From: Delftia acidovorans NBRC 14950
GTDB lineage: Bacteria; Pseudomonadota; Gammaproteobacteria; Burkholderiales; Burkholderiaceae_C
Assembly (NCBI RefSeq): GCF_001598795.1
Contig: NZ_BCZP01000008.1
Span: 180,001 to 212,000 of the forward strand
Reading direction: 5' to 3'
Length of the DNA: 32,000 bases
Shown here: positions 24,415-31,130 of the stretch, one piece after another
How the letters are laid out: every line of letters starts with the position of its first letter
Numbering within the stretch: the stretch's first letter is position 1
Translations under genes and position numbers: made by a program
Notes under the pieces: generated by a model
Database searches by the model: none
What the model saw: only the letters and a program-made list of their open reading frames with translations
What the model was told of the DNA's origin: nothing

Positions 24415-25650
24415 ATGCAGCAGAAAGAATCCCCGGCCAGCCGCCATGTGCGCATCAACGCGCTGGACGGCAGCGGCAGCTTCAACGCCTACCTGGCCGT
24501 GCCGGCCTCGGGCAGCGGCCCCGGCCTGGTGCTGGCGCAGGAGATCTTCGGCGTCAACGCCACCATGCGCGAGGTGGCCGACTACTACGCCGAAGAAGGC
24601 TATGTGGTGCTGGTGCCCGACCTGTTCTGGCGCCAGCAGCCCGATGTGGAGCTGGGCTACACGCCGGCGGACTGGGAGCGCGCCTTCGGCTTCTACAAGG
24701 GATTCGACGAGGCCCTGGGCGTGCAGGACGTCCAGGCCTGCCTGAACGCCCTGCGACAGCGCCCCGAGGTCACGGACGGCAAGGCCGGCGTCCTGGGCTT
24801 TTGCCTGGGCGGCAAGCTGGCCTACCTGGCCGCCTGCCGCACCGATGCCGATGCGGCGGTCGGCTACTACGGCGTGGGCATCGAGGCGGCGCTGGACGAG
24901 GCCGAGCGCATCCGCTGCCCGCTCACCCTGCATGTGGCCGAGCTCGACGCCTTCTGCCCGCCCGAGGCGCGCCAGCGCATCGTCCAGGCGCTGGGCGGGC
25001 GTCCCGGCGTGGCCGTGCATGTCTATCCGGGCGTGGACCATGCCTTCGCGCGCAAGGGCGGCGACCATTTCCACCGCGCCTCGGCCCTGATGGCGCACGA
25101 GCGCAGCATTGCCACGCTCAAGTCCGCCATTGGCCCGCACTTCGACCTGGCCGCGCTGTGGGACAAGCACTGCGAGTACGAGTTCGCCACGCGCAACGTG
25201 GACGACACCATGGCCACCATGGTGGCCGAGCCCTATGTGAACCACATCCCCACCATGACCGGCGGCGTAGGCTTCAGCAACCTGCACGCCTTCTATACGA
25301 ACCACTTCGTCAACAGCAATCCGCCCGACACGTCGCTGACGCCGATTTCACGCACCGTGGGGGCCTCGCAGGTGGTGGACGAGATGCTGTTCTGCTTCAC
25401 GCACACCACCGAGATCCCGTGGATGCTGCCCGGCGTGCGGCCCACGGGACGGCGCGTGGAGATCCCGCTGCTGGCCGTGGTCAAGTTCCGGGGCGACAAG
25501 CTCTACCACGAGCACATCTACTGGGACCAGGCCAGCGTGCTGGTGCAGGTGGGCCTGCTGGACCCGGCGCTGCTGCCCGTGGCGGGCGTGGAGACGGCCC
25601 GCAAGCTGCTGGACGAGACACTGCCTTCCAACGAACTGCTCAAGCGCTGA
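24415..25650 (+). CDS. Dienelactone hydrolase-fold domain fused to a C-terminal SnoaL/NTF2-like domain (iifA-like position)
   Basis: Start placed at ATG 24415 (GGAG 9 nt upstream, MQQKESPAS...); the track start 24361 is the alternative. N-terminal half has DLH motifs: LVLAQEIFGVN, nucleophile elbow GFCLGGKLAY, GVDHAF. The C-terminal ~170 aa (DLAALWDKHCEYEF...FRGDKLYHEHIYWDQASVLVQVGLL) has a SnoaL-like cyclase pattern. Confidence 0.85.
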   Translation: MQQKESPASRHVRINALDGSGSFNAYLAVPASGSGPGLVLAQEIFGVNATMREVADYYAEEGYVVLVPDLFWRQQPDVELGYTPADWERAFGFYKGFDEALGVQDVQACLNALRQRPEVTDGKAGVLGFCLGGKLAYLAACRTDADAAVGYYGVGIEAALDEAERIRCPLTLHVAELDAFCPPEARQRIVQALGGRPGVAVHVYPGVDHAFARKGGDHFHRASALMAHERSIATLKSAIGPHFDLAALWDKHCEYEFATRNVDDTMATMVAEPYVNHIPTMTGGVGFSNLHAFYTNHFVNSNPPDTSLTPISRTVGASQVVDEMLFCFTHTTEIPWMLPGVRPTGRRVEIPLLAVVKFRGDKLYHEHIYWDQASVLVQVGLLDPALLPVAGVETARKLLDETLPSNELLKR

Positions 25651-25722
25651 GCGCGGCGCGGGCGCATGGGTTTCACCCTGCGCCCGCTGGCGGCCTGCAG
25701 GCCGCCAGGGCTCTCAGGGTTG

Positions 25723-25752
25723 CCACCAATGTTGATATGTCAACATTGGTGG
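25723..25752. promoter_or_regulatory. Perfect 13-bp inverted repeat with 4-nt spacer, candidate MarR operator
   Basis: CCACCAATGTTGA tatg TCAACATTGGTGG, read directly. It ends 3 nt before ATG 25756 of the MarR gene. Confidence 0.55.
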
Positions 25753-25755
25753 ATC

Positions 25756-26346
25756 ATGCGGCCATCGCAATCGCCGTCGCCGCCCGGTTCCCTCCGCCCA
25801 ATGCCCCGCCCACGCACATCCACGATCCCTGCCGCCGATGCCGCCACCGGCCCTGCACCGGACACGCAGGTCTGCAGCCAGACGCTGGCACTGGAGGACT
25901 TCATCACCTTCCGCCTGGGCGCGCTGTCCAATGCACTGCAGACCCAGGTGACGCGCCACTACATCGCGCCGGCATCGCCCGTGGGACTGACCGAGTGGCG
26001 GCTCATGGGCCAGATCCAGCGCCACGGCGAGCTGCATGCCAGCGCGCTGTCGCGCCTGAGCCTGATGGACAAGGCCCAGATCAGCCGCGCGCTGCAGCCG
26101 CTGATCGACCGGGGCTGGGTGCTGCGCCGCGCCGATCCGCAGCACGCGCGGCGCCACCTGCTGCAGCTGAGCGAGGCAGGGCAGGCGCTCTTCGACGAGG
26201 TGCTGTCCCGCGCACGCCCCTACCAGGCGGCCCTGCTCAATGCCCTGACGGCCGATGAGCGCGCCATGCTGGACCGCATCCTGGACAAGCTGGGCCGTGC
26301 CTCCCAGGCGCTGGACCAGGGGCTGGACCAGGGGCTGGATGCCTGA
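25756..26346 (+). CDS. MarR-family transcriptional regulator (second copy in the window)
   Basis: Trimmed from track ORF 25666..26346 to ATG 25756; ATG 25801 is also possible. Winged-HTH core (LTEWRLMGQIQRHGELHASALSRLSLMDKAQISRALQPLIDRGWVLRRADPQHARRHLLQLSEAGQALF). Pro-rich N-terminus. The C-terminal QGLDQGLD is encoded by a short tandem repeat. Confidence 0.8.
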   Translation: MRPSQSPSPPGSLRPMPRPRTSTIPAADAATGPAPDTQVCSQTLALEDFITFRLGALSNALQTQVTRHYIAPASPVGLTEWRLMGQIQRHGELHASALSRLSLMDKAQISRALQPLIDRGWVLRRADPQHARRHLLQLSEAGQALFDEVLSRARPYQAALLNALTADERAMLDRILDKLGRASQALDQGLDQGLDA

Positions 26347-26368
26347 TTTCCCCACAAGCCACTGCACA

Positions 26369-26416
26369 ACCCACCTCAAGACCCACCTCAGAACCCATCC
26401 CACGAGCCACACCATG
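26369..26416 (+). repeat. Decaying 12-bp tandem repeat x4 (acccacctcaag / acccacctcaga / acccatcccacg / agccacaccatg) running into the aldolase ATG
   Basis: Read directly. It is in frame with the downstream aldolase ORF and there encodes THLKTHLRTHPTSHTM. Confidence 0.75.
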
Positions 26417-27172
26417 AATTGCTCCATGCACCCTGATGAGCGGGCCGCCCGCATCGAACTGGCCGCCTGCTACCGCGTCTTCACCATGCTGGGCTGGGAC
26501 GAACTGATCTACAACCACATCACGGTGCGCCTGCCCGACAGCGTGACGGGCGGTGAAAAGCAGTTCCTGATCAACCCCTTCGGCCTGCACTACGAAGAGG
26601 TCACGGCCAGCAACCTGGTGCGCATCAACGTGCGCGGCGAGGTGCTGGACGGCTCGCGGCATCCGGTGAATCCGGCCGGCTTCGTGGTACATGCGGCCAT
26701 CCACGACGGACTGCCGGGCGCGCACTGCGTGATGCACACGCACACCACCTCGGGCATGGGAGTGGCCTGCCTGGAGCAGGGCCTGTCGCAAAGCAACTTC
26801 TACAGCGCCCAGCTGCACGGCATGGTGGCCTACCATGACTTCGAGGGCATCACCATCCATGCCGACGAAGGGCCGCGCCTGCTGGCCAGCATCGGCAACC
26901 GCAAGGCCGTGATCCTGCGCAACCATGGTCTGCTCAGCTGGGGCAGCGATCTGCCCCAGGCCTTCGTGGTGCTGTGGACGCTGCAGCGTGCCTGCGACGT
27001 GCAGATGGCCACCCTGTCCATGGGTGCGCCGCGCATGGTCTCCGACGCCATGGCCCGGCGCTGCAACGAGGACTCGCTGACCTTCAACGACAGCCACGGC
27101 GGTGCCCGCGATGTGTTCGACCACCTGGTGCGCCGCGTGAACCGGCGCGACAGCAGCTATCTCGATCTTTGA
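26414..27172 (+). CDS. Class II aldolase/adducin-family protein (Zn-dependent fold)
   Basis: Trimmed to ATG 26414 (MNCSMHPDERAARIELAACYRVF...), which gives the usual N-terminal length for this family. Contains CVMHTHTTSG and ILRNHGLL motifs. Alternative upstream start ATG 26339 overlaps the marR stop (see findings). Confidence 0.85.
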   Translation: MNCSMHPDERAARIELAACYRVFTMLGWDELIYNHITVRLPDSVTGGEKQFLINPFGLHYEEVTASNLVRINVRGEVLDGSRHPVNPAGFVVHAAIHDGLPGAHCVMHTHTTSGMGVACLEQGLSQSNFYSAQLHGMVAYHDFEGITIHADEGPRLLASIGNRKAVILRNHGLLSWGSDLPQAFVVLWTLQRACDVQMATLSMGAPRMVSDAMARRCNEDSLTFNDSHGGARDVFDHLVRRVNRRDSSYLDL

Positions 27173-27190
27173 ACCCGGGGCTTCCCGCGC

Positions 27191-28216
27191 ATGACCATGG
27201 AACAGACAAGCATTTCATTCGACAAGGCCTGCATCTTCGGCGCCGGTGCCATCGGCGGCTGGATGGGCGCGGCCCTGGCCCGCGCCGGCTGCCAGCTCAG
27301 CGCCGTGGCGCGTGGCGCCGCACTGCAGGCCCTGCGCACCCAGGGCCTGACCCTGGTGCACGGCGAGCAGCGCGAGCACTTCGCGCTGCATGCCGAACAG
27401 GACCCGGCCGCCCTGGGCGTGCAGGACCTGGTCATCATCTCCGTCAAGGCGCCGGGCATGCCCGATGTCGCCGAGCGCATCGCCCCGCTGATCGGCCCGC
27501 AGACCGTGGTGCTCACGGCCATGAACGGCGTGCCCTGGTGGTTCCTGCACGGCGGTGTCGATGCCAGCGTGCGCGGCAGGCAGCTGAAAGCCGTGGACCC
27601 TGAAGGCCGCATTGCGCAAGCCATCCCGCTGGGCCAGGTGCTGGGCTCGGTGGTCCATGCCAGCTGCTCCAACGATGCGCCCGGCGTGGTACGCCGGCAC
27701 TTCGGCAACAGCCTGATCCTGGGCGAGCCCCTGGCCACAGGGCCCGGCCAGCCGCCCACGCCGCGCCTGGCGGCGCTGGCCCAACTGCTGCAGCGTGGCG
27801 GCATCGAGGCCAAGGTCTCCGACAACATCCAGCGCGACGCCTGGTACAAGCTCTGGGGCAACATGACCGTCAACCCCGTCAGCGCGCTGACGGGCGCCAC
27901 CTCGGACCGCATCCTGGGCGACGACCTGGTGCGCGGCCTGATCACGCGCGTGATGCTGGAGGCCAAGGAGATCGGCGCGCGCATCGGCCTGCCCATCAAC
28001 GAATCGCCCGAAGACCGCCATGCGGTCACGCTCAAGCTGGGCGCCTTCAAGACCTCCATGCTGCAGGACGTGGAAGCGGGCAAGCCTGTGGAACTCGACG
28101 CCCTGGTGGGCGCGGTGCGCGAAATGGGCCAGCTGTGCGGCGTGGACACGCCCTTCACGGATGCGCTGCTGGGCCTGGCACGGCTGCAGGCGCGGCAAAA
28201 GGGGCTGATGGCCTGA
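27191..28216 (+). CDS. 2-dehydropantoate 2-reductase family oxidoreductase (PanE/ApbA-like)
   Basis: 341-aa ORF. Rossmann IFGAGAIGGWMGAALARAG, plus KLWGNMTVNP and TSMLQDVEAGKPVELDAL motifs. Confidence 0.88.
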   Translation: MTMEQTSISFDKACIFGAGAIGGWMGAALARAGCQLSAVARGAALQALRTQGLTLVHGEQREHFALHAEQDPAALGVQDLVIISVKAPGMPDVAERIAPLIGPQTVVLTAMNGVPWWFLHGGVDASVRGRQLKAVDPEGRIAQAIPLGQVLGSVVHASCSNDAPGVVRRHFGNSLILGEPLATGPGQPPTPRLAALAQLLQRGGIEAKVSDNIQRDAWYKLWGNMTVNPVSALTGATSDRILGDDLVRGLITRVMLEAKEIGARIGLPINESPEDRHAVTLKLGAFKTSMLQDVEAGKPVELDALVGAVREMGQLCGVDTPFTDALLGLARLQARQKGLMA

Positions 28217-28268
28217 CGCCGCAAAGGCCAGTACCGGCCTGCAGCGCGCAACCGTAGACTACGCCTCC

Positions 28269-28667
28269 ATGACTTCCGCCAAGAACCCCGCCTCGCCCTG
28301 GTCCACGCTGTGCGTGGTGGCCACCACCGTCCCCAGCGCCGAGGAGGCCGCCCATCTGGCGCGCAGCTTGGTGCAGCAGCAGGCCGCGGCCTGCGTGCAG
28401 GTGGAGCCCATCACCTCGCACTACGTGTGGGAGGGCGAGATGCACGCCACGCCCGAGTGGCGGCTGGTCTGCAAGACCCTGCCCGACGTGCTGGAGCGCC
28501 TGGCCCGGCTGCTGCGCGCCGGGCACAGCTACAGCGTGCCGCAGATCACCATGCGCACCGAGCGCTGCATGGCCGACTATGCGCAGTGGCTGCGCTCCCA
28601 GGTCTCGACCCGGGACGTGGCGGGCACTGCAGACATGGCCGCCGCGCCCCGCATCACTGCGGCGTGA
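28269..28667 (+). CDS. cutA: CutA1 divalent-cation tolerance protein family
   Basis: 132-aa ORF. VVATTVPS.EEA..LAR.LV...AAC.Q....TS.Y.WEGE pattern. A C-terminal tail of about 20 aa overlaps the convergent Bug gene by 14 nt. Confidence 0.85.
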   Translation: MTSAKNPASPWSTLCVVATTVPSAEEAAHLARSLVQQQAAACVQVEPITSHYVWEGEMHATPEWRLVCKTLPDVLERLARLLRAGHSYSVPQITMRTERCMADYAQWLRSQVSTRDVAGTADMAAAPRITAA

Positions 28668-29643
28668 CGTTGGCGGCCTTGATCACGGGCACCCAGGTCG
28701 CTGTCTCCTTGCGGATCAGCTCGCCGAAGGCGCTGCCCGTGACCACCCACGGCTCGATCCCCTGCAGGTCCAGCTGCCTGACCACGGCCGGCGTGTTGAA
28801 GATCTCCTGAATATCCTTTTCCAGCTGCCTGAGCACGGCCGGCGGCGTCTTCTTTGGCGCCATCACGCCGTACCAGGACGAGATGGCAATGCCCGGCACG
28901 CCCGCCTGGGCCAGCGTGGGCACATCAGGCAGGTACTTGCTGCGCGCCGGGTCGGTCACGGCCAGCGCACGCAGCTTGCCCGACTGCACATGCGGCAGCA
29001 GCGCGGGCACATTGCCCACGATCATTGGCACCGTGCCGCCCAGCACATCGTTGAGGCCGGGCGCCGTGCCCTTGTAGGCCACGTGCAGGATGTCGGCGCC
29101 GGTCTGCTGCTTGAACAGCTCACCGGCCAGATGCAGGCTGGAGCCCACGCCGGGCGAGGCATAGCTGATGGTGGCCGGCTTGGTCTTGGACAGGGCCACC
29201 AGCTCCTGCACCGTTTTGGCGGGCACGCCAGGGTGCACGGCGATCACATTGGCCGCCTTGGCCAGCGAGGCCACGGGCGCGAAGTCCGCCTCCACGCTGT
29301 AGCCGGGCCTGGCCAGCAGCGTGGGATTGATGGTCAGGTTGCCCTGGGGCACGACCAGCAGCGTATGGCCGTCCGGCGCGGCACGCTTGACCATGTCGAT
29401 GCCGATATTGCCGTTGGCCCCGGGCTTGTTCTCCACCACTGAGGTCTGCTTGTAGCGCTCGGCCAACCCCGTGGACAGCAGGCGGGCCAGCGCATCGACG
29501 GGGCCGCCGGGCGGAAAGGGCGCGACGATGGTGAAAGGCTTGGCGGCCAGCTGCTGCTGCGCGGCGGCATCCTGGGCCAGGGCGCTCTGGCATGCGGCTG
29601 CGGCCAGCAGGGCGGCAGCGCCGAGCAAGGTGGGGGCTTTCAT
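28654..29643 (-). CDS. Bug-family (TctC-like) tripartite tricarboxylate transporter substrate-binding protein
   Basis: Trimmed to ATG 29643 (MKAPTLLGAAALLAAAACQSALA/QD...). Typical Bug motifs FPPGGPVD, ENKPGANGNIG, YASPGVGSSLHLAGE, YKGTAP. Confidence 0.9.
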   Translation of the reverse strand: MKAPTLLGAAALLAAAACQSALAQDAAAQQQLAAKPFTIVAPFPPGGPVDALARLLSTGLAERYKQTSVVENKPGANGNIGIDMVKRAAPDGHTLLVVPQGNLTINPTLLARPGYSVEADFAPVASLAKAANVIAVHPGVPAKTVQELVALSKTKPATISYASPGVGSSLHLAGELFKQQTGADILHVAYKGTAPGLNDVLGGTVPMIVGNVPALLPHVQSGKLRALAVTDPARSKYLPDVPTLAQAGVPGIAISSWYGVMAPKKTPPAVLRQLEKDIQEIFNTPAVVRQLDLQGIEPWVVTGSAFGELIRKETATWVPVIKAANVTPQ

Positions 29644-29765
29644 GGGGAACTCCGGGGAACAAGGCAAGGCAGGTACAAGCAAAAGAAATGCCTGAGGGCT
29701 ATCGATTGTTTCTTGTGTAAAACAACGTTCTTCTTATAAATCAATGCAAAGCATAAAACCTGCGG

Positions 29766-29793
29766 CTTGATTCGAATCAAGGGAAAACCCTTG
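29766..29793. promoter_or_regulatory. Perfect 16-bp palindrome CTTGATTCGAATCAAG overlapping the hairpin CAAGGG-aaaa-CCCTTG
   Basis: Read directly in the AT-rich spacer between the ftsY terminator and the Bug gene. The dyad TTGTTT-N8-AAACAA lies at 29706..29725. Confidence 0.3.
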
Positions 29794-29832
29794 CCTGCAT
29801 GCCTGGGCCTTCGCTGCGCTCGCATGCCCATG

Positions 29833-29855
29833 AAAAAAGGAGCGCAGCGCGCTCC
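29833..29855 (-). terminator. Rho-independent terminator of ftsY
   Basis: The minus-strand RNA reads GGAGCGC-gcu-GCGCUCC followed by UUUUUU, 27 nt after the ftsY stop. Confidence 0.75.
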
Positions 29856-29881
29856 TTCGGGTGGTGGTGTGCCGGGTGGCC

Positions 29882-31102
29882 TCAGGACAGCAGCGCCTGC
29901 GCGAATTCCCGGGCGTTGAAGGTTTCCAGGTCCTCGACCTTTTCGCCCACGCCGATGAAGTACACGGGGATCGGCCGTTCCTGGGCAATGGCGGCCAGCA
30001 CGCCGCCTTTGGCCGTGCCGTCGAGCTTGGTGACGATCAGGCCCGTGAGCTGCAGCGCATCGTCGAAGGCGCGCACCTGGGCCAGCGCGTTCTGGCCGGT
30101 GTTGCCGTCGATGACCAGCAGCACCTCATGGGGCGCCGTGGCGTCGGCCTTGCTGACCACGCGGCGGATCTTGCGCAGCTCTTCCATCAGGTGCAGCTGG
30201 GTGGGCAGGCGGCCTGCCGTGTCCACCAGCACCACATCCTTCTTGCGCGCGCGGCCGGCGGTGACGGCATCAAAGCTCACCGCCGCAGGATCGCCCCCTT
30301 CCTGGCTGACGATCTCCACCGTGTTGCGGTTGGCCCAGACGCCAAGCTGCTCGCGCGCGGCGGCGCGGAAGGTGTCGGCGGCGGCCAGCAGCACGCTCTG
30401 GCCTTCATCGGCCAGGTGACGGGTCAGCTTGCCGATGGAGGTGGTCTTGCCCGCGCCGTTGACGCCAGCCACCATGATCACGGTGGGCTGGTGCTCACCG
30501 ATGACCAGCGGCTTTTCCAGCGGGCGCAGCAGGTCGGCCAGGGCATCTGCCAGCAGCGCCTTGACGGCGGCGGGGTCGGTGGCCTTGGCCTCCTTGACGC
30601 GGCGGCGCAGGTCGGCGAGCAGGTGCTCGGTGGCCTTGACGCCGGTGTCGGCCATCAGCAGGGCGTCTTCCAATTCCTCGTACAGCGCATCGTTGATCTG
30701 CGTGCCCGTGAAGACCGTGGCAATGCTGCTGCCGGTCTTGCGCAGGCCGGTCTTGAGGCGCTGCATCCAGTTCTGGCGGCTGGCACCTTCGGCCTCGGGC
30801 TTGGCCGTGGGCTCGGGCGCGGCAATGAAGTCCGCAGGCGCGATGGTGGACGCGGGTGCTGCAGCTGGGGCAGGCGGGGTCTCGGGCGGCGCGGCATCGC
30901 CCTTGCTGCCGCCAAAGGGCTTGCGCCACCAAGCACTGCCGGTGTCGGCGGCCGGGGCTGCTGGTGCGGCCGGTGGCAGGGCAGGGGGGCTGTCCTGCGG
31001 TGGGGTTGCGGGAATGCCGGCCTTTTCAGGCGCGGCGCTGCTGTCCGTCGGGGAAATCTCGGCGGCGGAGGGGGTGGGCTTTTTCTTGAAAAAACTGAAC
31101 AT
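29882..31102 (-). CDS. ftsY: Signal recognition particle receptor FtsY
   Basis: Trimmed from the 543-aa track ORF to ATG 31102 (MFSFFKKKPTPSAAE...). Pro/Ala-rich acidic N-region followed by an NG domain with GVNGAGKTTS, DTAGR, TKLDGTAKGG. Confidence 0.93.
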   Translation of the reverse strand: MFSFFKKKPTPSAAEISPTDSSAAPEKAGIPATPPQDSPPALPPAAPAAPAADTGSAWWRKPFGGSKGDAAPPETPPAPAAAPASTIAPADFIAAPEPTAKPEAEGASRQNWMQRLKTGLRKTGSSIATVFTGTQINDALYEELEDALLMADTGVKATEHLLADLRRRVKEAKATDPAAVKALLADALADLLRPLEKPLVIGEHQPTVIMVAGVNGAGKTTSIGKLTRHLADEGQSVLLAAADTFRAAAREQLGVWANRNTVEIVSQEGGDPAAVSFDAVTAGRARKKDVVLVDTAGRLPTQLHLMEELRKIRRVVSKADATAPHEVLLVIDGNTGQNALAQVRAFDDALQLTGLIVTKLDGTAKGGVLAAIAQERPIPVYFIGVGEKVEDLETFNAREFAQALLS

Positions 31103-31130
31103 CGGCAGGTTCTTAGAATCACAGCATTCT

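Noticed and set aside
28654-28667. 14-nt convergent overlap of the cutA and Bug-family gene 3' ends
   Set aside because: Short convergent overlaps are common in compact GC-rich genomes, and nothing further is unusual here.
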